The notes below the pieces were generated by a model that made no database searches, was not told the origin of the DNA, and was given only the letters and a program-made list of their open reading frames with translations. The position numbers and the translations under genes are program-made. Positions 49,727 through 59,007 of a stretch of 64,000 nt of DNA are shown here, one piece after another; positions within the stretch are counted from its first letter, which is position 1; each line of letters begins with the position of its first letter. Source of the DNA: Candidatus Latescibacterota bacterium (GTDB taxonomy: Bacteria > Latescibacterota > UBA2968 > UBA8231); contig OZ242318.1 in assembly GCA_965208105.1 (NCBI GenBank), positions 4,768,001 through 4,832,000 on the forward strand, in the 5' to 3' direction.

Positions 49727-50557
49727 TTACTGAATCCAGCCAGGTGCGACTTCCCCGTTCTCCACGATTGTTTTGACCTGGTCCTGGGAGGCAGGTTCGA
49801 CCAGCTCGCGGGTCTCCGGCGCCAGGCGGCCCCTGATTTCCGCAGGGATCTGCAGGGAGGAAAAAGTGGTGCAGTACTGAGGCCGGTAGCGCAGGATCAG
49901 GACCCGGCGATCGCGCTCGACCGGCTTCCACGGAAGGGTCCCATGGGTGAGAAGTTCGGAGATGATTACCAGGTCGCCCGCCTTTGGTATTATGTTGACG
50001 ACCCCTGGTGGAATATGGCTGCTGATGCCGTTGTCGGCGTAGAACATCCCGGGAGGTCTGGGGAATTCCGCCTTGTGCGAGCCGGGAACTACAATCAGGC
50101 CGCCGTCGCCGGGATGGACGTCGGTCAAGTAGGGGAAGATCACGAAGTTGTTGCAGAATATGCGTCCGTCGCGGCATTCGTAGCGGGTGGTCTGCCATGA
50201 GCCTTCGCGTGCGCAGTGCAGGCGGGTTCCGGGCCGGTCGTGAGTGTTGACCTGCAGGGTGCCGCTGGTAAGCCGAGGGCGGTTCCCGGTCAGTTCCTTG
50301 ACAATGGGCCAGGTCTTGGGATGGAGGGCAAGTGACTCGAGGGCGCGGTCGAAGGCGAAACCGTGAAGGTAGCGCCGGGAGGAAGAATTGATCTTTCCCG
50401 AGTCGTCGAGTTCAAAGCCGGGTGGCAATTCGTCAGGGGGAGTGTGGATGTAGCGGTCGGCGGCCTCCTGGGCCTGTTTCAACTCATCGTCGTCCAGGGC
50501 TTTTTCCAGGTGGATATAGCCGCTGACATCGAAGAAGTATCGCTGTTCGGGTGTCAT
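49727..50557 (-). CDS. PhyH-like Fe/2OG enzyme with HCA in place of HxD
   Basis: 'QRYFFDVSGY', 'LHCARE', 'DGGLIVVPGSHK', 'AGDLVIISELLTHG', 'DRR'. Confidence 0.82.
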   Translation of the reverse strand: MTPEQRYFFDVSGYIHLEKALDDDELKQAQEAADRYIHTPPDELPPGFELDDSGKINSSSRRYLHGFAFDRALESLALHPKTWPIVKELTGNRPRLTSGTLQVNTHDRPGTRLHCAREGSWQTTRYECRDGRIFCNNFVIFPYLTDVHPGDGGLIVVPGSHKAEFPRPPGMFYADNGISSHIPPGVVNIIPKAGDLVIISELLTHGTLPWKPVERDRRVLILRYRPQYCTTFSSLQIPAEIRGRLAPETRELVEPASQDQVKTIVENGEVAPGWIQ

Positions 50558-50723
50558 CAATGGCTGCAGCCGTGGTTGAAACGCGTGCCGGCGTTTGATT
50601 CCCCTCTGTCATTCGCTGCGGTCGGCCTGCAGCGACTCGAAAGGTAGAACTATTTCATGCTCCCTACAATGATGCAGAGCCGCCTTCGGCGATGGGAAAT
50701 TCCCGGCGCATGCGCAATCTACT

Positions 50724-51908
50724 CTATTCCTCGATGATCGACGGTTTGTCGTCTATGGGCAGGTGCAGAACGGCGGCCAACAGGCCCAGTGCGATAGCGG
50801 CTATCCAGATGTTTGCGTACGAACCGGTCAGGTCGTAGATGATTCCTCCCAACCAGATGCCGGCGAAGCTTCCGAGTTGGTGGCTGAAGAAGACGATTCC
50901 GTACAGGGTGGACAGGTAGCGAGCGCCGAAAATCTGGGCCACCGTCCCGCTGGTCAAGGGAACGGTGGCCAGCCACAGGAGTCCGATGGCGCCGCTGAAA
51001 AGGAGGGCGGAATCATTGGATAGGGGAAAAAGGATGAACAGGCTGATTGCGATCGCACGGCTGAAGTACAGCATGCTGAGGAGATATTTTTTGCGGTAAC
51101 GGTCTCCCAGGATGCCAAATAGATATGAACCAACGATGTTGAAAAACCCAATCAGTGCCAGTGAAGCCGCACCGGTTGCCGGTGACAGTCCGCTGTCGGT
51201 GAGAAATGCGGGAAGGTGGGTGGCGATAAAGGAAACGTGGAAGCCGCACACGAAGAAGCCCCCCGTGAGCAGCCAATAGCCCGAATGCCGGAGAGCCCGT
51301 CGAAGGGTCTGGGAAAAAGTCGGTTCCAGCTTTCCCGATTCGCTGGCCGTCGCTGATTGACGCGGAAAGCCAAAAGAAGCAATGATGATTATGCCGGCGG
51401 GAATCGACAGGAGGGTGAATGAGACCTGCCATCCGAAGTTGGAAATCAGCCAGTGTATGGCAGGAACCAGGGCGAAGGTGCCGCAGGAACCTGCCGCCGT
51501 GACCATGCCGAAGGCGGACCCGCGCCGCTCCTGCGGCACCAACCGGGCGACGGCTCCAAGCACCACGACGTAGGTTATGCTGCTCAGAGCAAGTCCCTTC
51601 AGGATGCCCAGCACGAGGTACAGGTCCAGGGGAGTCTCGGCGGCAGGGAGGAGCAGAAATCCCGCTCCGTAGAGGAATCCTCCGGCCAGGACCACCCAAC
51701 GGGCCCCGAAGCGGTCGGCGACCAGGGCCAGCAGGGGCAGGCCGAAGATCAGGTTTTGAAGCGCGAGGGCAAGACTGAATACCTTGCGGCCTGATTCGAG
51801 ATCCTGGCTTACGGGCTGCAGGAAGAGGCCGAATGACTGGCGCACTCCCATGCTGATAATGACCGTGAGGGCGCCGCAGAAAATGGCGATTTTTGCCTGG
51901 CGAGTCAT
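50724..51908 (-). CDS. MFS transporter
   Basis: 'GVRQSFGLF', 'ADRFG', 'FFVCGFHV.FI.THLP', 'HQLGSF.G.WLGG'; 12 TM. Confidence 0.92.
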   Translation of the reverse strand: MTRQAKIAIFCGALTVIISMGVRQSFGLFLQPVSQDLESGRKVFSLALALQNLIFGLPLLALVADRFGARWVVLAGGFLYGAGFLLLPAAETPLDLYLVLGILKGLALSSITYVVVLGAVARLVPQERRGSAFGMVTAAGSCGTFALVPAIHWLISNFGWQVSFTLLSIPAGIIIIASFGFPRQSATASESGKLEPTFSQTLRRALRHSGYWLLTGGFFVCGFHVSFIATHLPAFLTDSGLSPATGAASLALIGFFNIVGSYLFGILGDRYRKKYLLSMLYFSRAIAISLFILFPLSNDSALLFSGAIGLLWLATVPLTSGTVAQIFGARYLSTLYGIVFFSHQLGSFAGIWLGGIIYDLTGSYANIWIAAIALGLLAAVLHLPIDDKPSIIEE

Positions 51909-52075
51909 GGCGTGGCAGGTGAAGATCAGGGGCAGGTCCCGGACTGGTGCTTCATCGTCTCTCACCGACCGGAAAGGTCAGCAGAAGGGCCGGCCCCGAA
52001 TCGATCCCGGGCATGGCCGGACGAAGGCGACATGTCCTGCCTTCTGCGATATCGATCCGGAATTGGGGCGGGTGC

Positions 52076-53083
52076 TCAGGCAGCCGCGAGGACCTCTCTG
52101 GCCGCGGTCGTCGTTTCTCTGACCTGGTCCAGGGTCCCCATCCCGAACATGCATGTCGCCACCTCCATCTGGTCGAAGGCGAATTCGAATGCCTTGTGCC
52201 CCAGGTAGCGGCCCCCGGCCAGGGCTTTGATGGCGATGATGGGTTTATTGACATTGCGGATAGCGTCCAGGGCGATTTCAGGGGTTGGGAACATGGAAAC
52301 ACCGGGACGGTTGACGATGGTGAGGTAGCCATCCACGGGAATATTCTCGGCTTCCAGCAGAGGCAGGGTGGTCCCGGCGTGATGGACGCTGGTGATGACC
52401 GTGTGGAAGCGGGCGCGCAGGAATTCGAGGTACTGGCGGATCAGATCGAAGCGCCCGGTCATGGCCAGGAGGTCGATTTCCGCCCCCGGGTCTGCCACCA
52501 GGATGTCACACCCGGCGAAGAAACCCAGGTAGCGCTCCAGAGTCCCGTAATCGATCTCGAGGCGGTCTATCTCGGCTTCGGTCAGGGGAGGGACCTTTTC
52601 CGGGGTGACCAGATTCTTCAGGGACCCTCCGATATTGTAGCGGATGATCTCGTCCCGGCGGATGTGGTCTCGGAAGGCCTGGCCGCCCACGCGCTCGTCG
52701 TGAGCGTAGAAGGTGGCATGGGCGCGGGGGGAATAGGACACGATCTCACCGTCCAGGGTCACCGGAATCAGGATGTAGGCCACCATGCCGATCTGGGTAT
52801 CCGTTGCCTGTTCGGCTTCCCAGACCGCCTGCAGGTGGAGGCGATCGAGAGCGGGCAGCATGTGATCCACCTGGACGGCTGTCACTCCGGCCTCTTCCAC
52901 GGCGTAGCGGATGACCTGCGCTACCTTGCCGACGCGGTCGAAGCTGCGAAAATTGTCGGCGTCGCGCTCCGGGCTCTGGTAGGAGCACCCGTCGTAGGGG
53001 TGAATGCCCATGATCAGACGCGGGACCTCGGTGGATCCGATACGCGTGGTGGGTACGCCACAGCCTTCCAGGTAGCTCTTCAT
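52076..53083 (-). CDS. Uncharacterised aldo/keto-reductase-like TIM-barrel protein
   Basis: 'IGSTEVPRLIMG', 'KPIIAIKALAGG', 'CMFGM' resemble the AKR-fold ends; catalytic tetrad not evident. GGAG SD. Confidence 0.55.
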   Translation of the reverse strand: MKSYLEGCGVPTTRIGSTEVPRLIMGIHPYDGCSYQSPERDADNFRSFDRVGKVAQVIRYAVEEAGVTAVQVDHMLPALDRLHLQAVWEAEQATDTQIGMVAYILIPVTLDGEIVSYSPRAHATFYAHDERVGGQAFRDHIRRDEIIRYNIGGSLKNLVTPEKVPPLTEAEIDRLEIDYGTLERYLGFFAGCDILVADPGAEIDLLAMTGRFDLIRQYLEFLRARFHTVITSVHHAGTTLPLLEAENIPVDGYLTIVNRPGVSMFPTPEIALDAIRNVNKPIIAIKALAGGRYLGHKAFEFAFDQMEVATCMFGMGTLDQVRETTTAAREVLAAA

Positions 53084-53294
53084 TCTCCGAATCTCCTTGT
53101 TTTCAATAGAGGCGCCGATGCGGGGTTTGGCCTCCGGAATTGAATGATAAAGACTGGCCATTCCACAATCAAGGCAAGGTTGGGAGTCCAAGGCGGGAGA
53201 TGGAGTTGCTCCGGTGTGGGACTCTACTTAGAATATGCCACCGGGAAAGGTCGTTTCACCAATTCAGGCTCCATAAGATACAGAGGAACACAGG

Positions 53295-54893
53295 ATGATC
53301 TACGCGGTTCAGAATTGCATGGCCGAGTGGTCCTATTCATCGGTGAAGGCTTATAAGGACCCTTTCAACGAAGTGGAAATGGACTTGATCTGCACCGACC
53401 CTGACGGGGAGGAGAGGACCGTGCCGGCCTTCTGGGCGGGAGAACAGACCTGGCGGGTGCGTTACTCGTCTCCCAAGGTGGGCAGGCACTCCTTTCGCAC
53501 CTCGTGCTCGGATGTGGGAAATCCTGACCTGCATGGCCGCGAAGGCGATCTGGAGGTGGGCCCCTACGAGGGGGAAAATCCGCTTCTGCTGCATGGACCG
53601 CTGCGGGTCAGCCGTGGCCGGCGCCATCTGGAGCACTTGGACGGGACGCCCTTCTTCTGGCTCGGGGACACCTGGTGGATGGGCCTGTGCAAGCGCTGGT
53701 CCTGGCCCCGGGATCTGCGCGCCATGGTGGCCGACCGGCAGTCCAAGGGCTTCAGCGTGATCCAGATCGTGGCGGGGTTGTATCCGGACATGCCGCCATT
53801 CGACGAGCGTGGAGCGAATGAAGCAGGATATCCCTGGGAGGCGGGCTACGAGCGCATAAACCCGGCCTATTTCGACATGGCCGACCTGCGCATGGCCTAC
53901 CTGGTGCAGTCGGGCTTGCTGCCCTGCATCGTGGGATTCTGGGGCTACTTCCTCAAATTCGCCGGTGCCGAGGTGCTCAGGAAGCATTGGCGCTATTTGG
54001 TGGCGCGATGGGGCGCCTACCCGGTCGTCTGGTGTACGGCGGGCGAGGGACTCATGCCCTACTACCTCGACCGCAACGAGGTCACCCAGGGAGACGAGTA
54101 CCAGAACATGCTGCGCGCCGCCTGGTCTGACATGGTGCGCTACATCCGCTCGATCGACGGCTACGGGCACCCGGTCACCATTCATCCGACCCGACTGGGA
54201 CACGACCAGGTGGACGACCCCGAGGTCCTCGACATCGACATGCTGCAGACCGGACATATTGACGGACGGGCAAATACGGTGGATTCGCTCATCGCTTCGC
54301 TCGACCTCGAGCCGAAGCTGCCGGTACTCATCGCCGAGGTTGGCTACGAGGGCATTCTGGAATCGAACCGGGAGGAGTTCCAGCGCTTCTTTTTCTGGTC
54401 ATCCATGCTGTCGGGCGCCATGGGCTTCACCTATGGAGCCAACGGCATCTGGCAGATAAATCGCCGCGGCAAGCCCTTTGGACCATCACCGCACGGCAAT
54501 GAGTGGGGCGATTTGCCCTGGGAGGACGCCTGCCTGCTTCCCGGTTCGCAACAGGTGGGACTGGGCAAGCGTCTCCTGGAGCGCTATCGCTGGTGGGAGC
54601 TCGAGCCCCACCCGGAGTGGGTGGAGCCGCACCACACCGGGGAGGACAGGCTGCAACCCTACGCGGCAGGAATCCCGGGCCAGGTGCGGTTGATCTACCT
54701 GCCTTTCCCGCGGAGTGGAGACTTGAAGGTGACCGGGCTCGCATCGGGAGGCGAGTACCGTTCATACTTCTACGACCCGAAGAGCGGGCGTGAGGAGGAC
54801 CGGGGCCGGGTTGTGGCAGATGCGCAGGGCGAATTCCTCGTCGATCGCCCGTCCCTCTGGCGCGACTGGGTCCTGGTCCTGGAAGAGGCGTAG
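53295..54893 (+). CDS. DUF5060/DUF4038 (apiosidase-like) putative glycoside hydrolase, paralog 1
   Basis: 'DPFNEVE', 'WRVRYS', 'DGTPFFWLGDTWW', 'KGFSVIQ', 'RYLVARWGAYPVVW..AGE', 'GFTYGANGIW'. Confidence 0.85.
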   Translation: MIYAVQNCMAEWSYSSVKAYKDPFNEVEMDLICTDPDGEERTVPAFWAGEQTWRVRYSSPKVGRHSFRTSCSDVGNPDLHGREGDLEVGPYEGENPLLLHGPLRVSRGRRHLEHLDGTPFFWLGDTWWMGLCKRWSWPRDLRAMVADRQSKGFSVIQIVAGLYPDMPPFDERGANEAGYPWEAGYERINPAYFDMADLRMAYLVQSGLLPCIVGFWGYFLKFAGAEVLRKHWRYLVARWGAYPVVWCTAGEGLMPYYLDRNEVTQGDEYQNMLRAAWSDMVRYIRSIDGYGHPVTIHPTRLGHDQVDDPEVLDIDMLQTGHIDGRANTVDSLIASLDLEPKLPVLIAEVGYEGILESNREEFQRFFFWSSMLSGAMGFTYGANGIWQINRRGKPFGPSPHGNEWGDLPWEDACLLPGSQQVGLGKRLLERYRWWELEPHPEWVEPHHTGEDRLQPYAAGIPGQVRLIYLPFPRSGDLKVTGLASGGEYRSYFYDPKSGREEDRGRVVADAQGEFLVDRPSLWRDWVLVLEEA

Positions 54894-54984
54894 ATTCATT
54901 GATTGCAGCTTCAAGTGCCGCATGGGGTCCATTTCCTTGACCGACGCTCCCACCCGGTGATTCCCGCCGAAAGAGGAAATTTTC

Positions 54985-56595
54985 ATGGCCGCAGCGAAGG
55001 TGGCCGCGCAGCGACAGGCATGCGAGTGGAGTTACATCTCCCGGAAGCCCTACGGCGATCCCTTCAACGAGGTGGAACTGGATGTGGTCTTCACTCACGA
55101 GGACGGCGACAGCCTGAGGCTGCCCTGTTATTGGGGAGGAGGCGGTGAATGGCGCGTGCGCTTCGCTCCCCCCAAGGCCGGAACCTACGAATACCGCACC
55201 CGGTGCACGGACGTTTCCAATGCAGACCTGCACGAGAAGAAGGGGACGTTGGAAGCAGCCCCGTACGCCGGGGAGAATCTGCTTCTGCAACGCGGTGCGC
55301 TGCGGCTCAGTTCCGACCAGCGCCACTTCGAGCACGAGGATGGAACCCCGTTCTTCTGGCTGGGTGACACCTGGTGGATGGGGTTGAGCAGGCGCTGGTC
55401 ATGGCCCGAGGATTTCCAGGAGCTGACGGCCGACCGTAAAGAAAAGGGATTCACCCTGATCCAGATCGTCGCCGGCCTTTACCCGGACATGCTGGCCTTC
55501 GACCGTCGAGGCGCCAACGAATCCGGCTTCCCCTGGGAAGAGGACTTCGGCCGCATAAACCCGGCCTACTTCGACGAGGCCGACCTTCGCATCCAGTGGC
55601 TGGTCAAGTGTGGTCTGGTGCCCTGTATCTTTGCCTGCTGGGGCTGGTACATCGCGCTGATGGGCGTCGAGAGGATGAAGAAGCACTGGCGCTACCTGAT
55701 CGCCCGCTGGGGTGCCTATCCGGTTGTGTGGTGCCTGGCCGGGGAGGCCCTCGCCGCATACTACGAGTCCGGGGACCTCGAGGGGGACAGGGAGGTGCAA
55801 CGCCGAGGCTGGACCGCGGTAGGGCAATACCTGCGCGCCAATGATCCCTACCGGCGCCTGATCACCATTCACCCCTCCTCCTTGCGCGACTCGCGCGACC
55901 AGCTCGAGGATTCATCCTGCCTCGACTTCGGCATGCTTCAACTCAGTCACCGGGGCTACGATCACCTGCCCGCTCAGGTGCGGATTCTCAGCGACGCGGT
56001 AAATCTCAGGCCGCGGATTCCGGTGGTGAACGCCGAGTCCAACTACGAGGGAATAAAGGGAGCGCATCACGCTGATGTGCAGCGCTTCGGGTTTTGGAGC
56101 TCAATGCTGTCGGGGGCGGCCGGTTTCACATATGGTGCCAATGGAATGTGGCAGATCAACCGCAGGGGAGATCCTTTCGGTCCCTCCCCCCACGGCGCCG
56201 CGTGGGGTAACACGCCCTGGGAGGAGGCCTGCCAACTTCCTGGAGGCAGGCAGGTGGCTCTGGGCCGGCGAATTCTGGAAGGGCTTCCATGGCGCCGGTT
56301 CGAGCCCCACCCGGAGTGGATAGAGTCCCCGCCAGGCAGCAAAGAGGCACTTCGGCCCCTGGCGGCCGGGATCCCTTCCAGGTGCCGCGTGTTCTACTTT
56401 CCGACTCCGATTTCTCCCCTCGGCAGGAGACCGCTGGTAAAGGGGATAGAGGCAGGCAGGACCTATCGCGCCCGCTACGTGAATCCGGCGGACGGAGAGG
56501 AGTATCCCTTGGGCGCGGTCAGGCCGAACCGTCGCGGCGAATGGGAGACCGGTGCAGCGCCCATCATGCACGACCTGGTCTTGATCATGGATTGA
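54985..56595 (+). CDS. DUF5060/DUF4038 (apiosidase-like) putative glycoside hydrolase, paralog 2
   Basis: Same motifs as the preceding gene, collinear along its length. Confidence 0.85.
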   Translation: MAAAKVAAQRQACEWSYISRKPYGDPFNEVELDVVFTHEDGDSLRLPCYWGGGGEWRVRFAPPKAGTYEYRTRCTDVSNADLHEKKGTLEAAPYAGENLLLQRGALRLSSDQRHFEHEDGTPFFWLGDTWWMGLSRRWSWPEDFQELTADRKEKGFTLIQIVAGLYPDMLAFDRRGANESGFPWEEDFGRINPAYFDEADLRIQWLVKCGLVPCIFACWGWYIALMGVERMKKHWRYLIARWGAYPVVWCLAGEALAAYYESGDLEGDREVQRRGWTAVGQYLRANDPYRRLITIHPSSLRDSRDQLEDSSCLDFGMLQLSHRGYDHLPAQVRILSDAVNLRPRIPVVNAESNYEGIKGAHHADVQRFGFWSSMLSGAAGFTYGANGMWQINRRGDPFGPSPHGAAWGNTPWEEACQLPGGRQVALGRRILEGLPWRRFEPHPEWIESPPGSKEALRPLAAGIPSRCRVFYFPTPISPLGRRPLVKGIEAGRTYRARYVNPADGEEYPLGAVRPNRRGEWETGAAPIMHDLVLIMD

Positions 56596-56625
56596 CGGCG
56601 TCGAGGTATTTCCGGCCTGCCGGAA

Positions 56626-57369
56626 TCAGGAGCTCTTTTCCTTCTTTCCGGAACCATAGGCGTGTCCCTCCAGGATGCTTCTGACCTCCCCCGCTGTACT
56701 GGCTTCCCTCAAAACGCTCAGGCGGGCTGCCTCCTCCTCGAGCAGGGCTTTCACGTTGGCGTGGACGGAGGGAAGTTTGTCTGCGGGGAACTTGCAGGCC
56801 CCGTTTTCATCCATGTGGACGATTTCCCCCGGAGAAACGTCCATCCCGGCAACGCTGACGGGTACGTTTACCGCGTGAACGGCCATGTCTCCATGTCCGG
56901 GAGTGACGCCGCTGAGCATGAGCTGGAAGTTCATCGGGCGGATTTCGTCTATGTCGCGCGAAGGGCCGTTGGACAGGAGCCCGATGCAGCCCACGGCTTT
57001 CATGGCGGTGGTCATGTTGCCGCCGACCAGGCCCACCTTTCCGGCCACTTCAGGAGGGTACTTCTGTTGCAGGACCAGAATTGTCGGCTTGGGCGAGGCA
57101 TACAGGGCGTCGATCACGTCCATGAAGCTCAGGCGGGTGAAGTTCGGATCGGGAAGGCCATAGACGCAGGTTACGGCGTGGCCGGCCGTTCTTCCCAGTT
57201 CCGGATAGATGCAGCGGACGGTGTGATCAGTGTACCAATTCTCGGTCCACGGGTTGTAGAGCCCGAGACAAAGAGGGTTTTTGGGGTAGGTGGCAACCAC
57301 ATTGGTTATGGAGGGAGTGTCGTAGTTGCACAACTCTTTCAATATCTTCCCATCGGTCGATTTTTCCAT
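56626..57369 (-). CDS. RraA/HMG-aldolase family protein
   Basis: 'DTPSITN', 'GHAVT', 'VGGNM', 'NGPSRDIDE', 'VAGMDVSPGEIVHMDENG'. Confidence 0.85.
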   Translation of the reverse strand: MEKSTDGKILKELCNYDTPSITNVVATYPKNPLCLGLYNPWTENWYTDHTVRCIYPELGRTAGHAVTCVYGLPDPNFTRLSFMDVIDALYASPKPTILVLQQKYPPEVAGKVGLVGGNMTTAMKAVGCIGLLSNGPSRDIDEIRPMNFQLMLSGVTPGHGDMAVHAVNVPVSVAGMDVSPGEIVHMDENGACKFPADKLPSVHANVKALLEEEAARLSVLREASTAGEVRSILEGHAYGSGKKEKSS

Positions 57370-57570
57370 TGATGCTCTCCTGGTTGCTAGGTGCGATTTC
57401 AGATTGACTGCCAGACATTGCGGGCCTGATTACATTACATACTAAAGCAGCGGGGCGGGTCCATCAAGCTGCAGGGGAGGCGGCGGCATTCTGCGCGGAT
57501 TCATTGGATGCCGCGGTTGGATCTACCTGCGGGCAAGGCGGCAAGTCCCTTCAAAGCCAAAGGGGAGAAA

Positions 57571-58959
57571 ATGGGAACTCTACCAAACGAACGAGAATAC
57601 ACAGGCGAACGAGAATACAACGGGAAAACGCCCACGTCGAGAGCTCTGTATCAGCGCGCCCTCAAGGTGTTTCCCGGGGGGATCACCCATGATTCCAGGC
57701 TCATGCGGCCCTATCCTATCTACATCGCCAGGGCGAGGGGAGCGCGGAAATGGGACGTGGACGGCAACGAATACGTGGATTATTTCGGTGGACACGGAGC
57801 CCTCCTTCTGGGACACGCTCATCCTGAGGTGGTCGAAGCGGTGCGGAGGCAGAGCGCCAGGGGGACGCAGTACGGGGCGTCGCACGAGCTGGAGCTGGAA
57901 TGGGCGGAACTGATCGTCGAAATGGTGCCTTGCGCCGAGAAGGTGCGCTTCACCAGCTCCGGCACCGAGGCCAGCATGCTGGGCATCCGGCTTGCCAGGG
58001 CTTTCAGCGGCAAGGACAAGATCGTTCGCTTCGTTACCAATTTCCACGGCTGGCACGACCAGGTTGCCTTCGCCTCCGTTTCCCACTTCGACGGGTCCAT
58101 CCCCGCGGGCATCCCCGCGGGGACCGTCGAAAATATCATTCTCTGCCCACCCAACGATATCGAGCAGTTGACCCGAGTTTGCAATGAGCGCGACGATATT
58201 GCCGCCGTCATGATCGAGCCCACCGGCTCGGGATTCGGCCACGTGCCCACCGGGGGTGAGTTTCTCGCCCAGGTGCGTAAGCTCACCCGGGACCGGAATA
58301 TTCTGCTGATATTCGACGAGGTGATATCGGGATTTCGCGTCGCTCCGGGGGGCGCCCAGGAGCACTACGGGGTAATCCCCGATCTGACCCTTCTTGCCAA
58401 GATCGTAGCGGGGGGCTATCCGGGCGGGGCCCTGGTTGGCCGTGCGGACATCCTCGATGTCCTGGAAGTGAAGCGCGATCCAAGGTGGAATCACGAGCAC
58501 AGGGTCTCCCATCACGGAACCTTCAACGCCAACCCCCTGGCTGCCAGCGCGGGCATTACTGCCCTCAAGCTGGTCTCCGGCACTGACGTTATCCAGAGGG
58601 CAAACCGCAGCGGCCGGATGCTGCGCAATGCCTTGAACCAGGTCGTGAGGGACGAGGGGGTCAACTGGATTGTATATGGAGAGTTTTCCGATTTTCACAT
58701 ATTCACCAACCAGGACAACGAGGATGTGACCCTGGAGGATATCCATGCGGGAAGAGTGCACTACACCAGGTTGAAGGAAGGGACCCCTGCGCATTTGGGA
58801 TTCGGGATCCGCGCCGGATTCATCGTCCGGGGAGTGGACATCGCCGGCTGGCCTGGAGGAATGCTCTCGGGTGTCCATTGCGAGACGGATATCGAGCATA
58901 CGGCCACGGCATTCAGGGAAATGATCGTCCAATTCAAGCAAGAAGGGCAGGTGGCTTGA
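57571..58959 (+). CDS. Class III PLP aminotransferase (GSA aminomutase-like)
   Basis: 'DVDGNEYVDY', 'FTSSGTEA', 'FHGW', 'IFDEVISGFR', 'AKIVAGGYP', 'GTFNANP'. Confidence 0.9.
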   Translation: MGTLPNEREYTGEREYNGKTPTSRALYQRALKVFPGGITHDSRLMRPYPIYIARARGARKWDVDGNEYVDYFGGHGALLLGHAHPEVVEAVRRQSARGTQYGASHELELEWAELIVEMVPCAEKVRFTSSGTEASMLGIRLARAFSGKDKIVRFVTNFHGWHDQVAFASVSHFDGSIPAGIPAGTVENIILCPPNDIEQLTRVCNERDDIAAVMIEPTGSGFGHVPTGGEFLAQVRKLTRDRNILLIFDEVISGFRVAPGGAQEHYGVIPDLTLLAKIVAGGYPGGALVGRADILDVLEVKRDPRWNHEHRVSHHGTFNANPLAASAGITALKLVSGTDVIQRANRSGRMLRNALNQVVRDEGVNWIVYGEFSDFHIFTNQDNEDVTLEDIHAGRVHYTRLKEGTPAHLGFGIRAGFIVRGVDIAGWPGGMLSGVHCETDIEHTATAFREMIVQFKQEGQVA

Positions 58960-59007
58960 GGAGCTGCTCCCATGGCCGGAAAGCGGTGATTCCACCTGCA
59001 CACTTCC

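Noticed and set aside
51975-52070. Short inverted repeats (GCAGAAGG/CCTTCTGC; GCCCC..ATCGAT/ATCGAT..GGGGC) upstream of the MFS gene
   Set aside because: Short, mutually crossing GC-rich matches with no TA ends or repeat core; compatible with chance.
57571-58959. Naming the aminotransferase hemL
   Set aside because: It has PGGITH rather than the typical PGGVNS, and no heme-pathway context; left as GSA-like.
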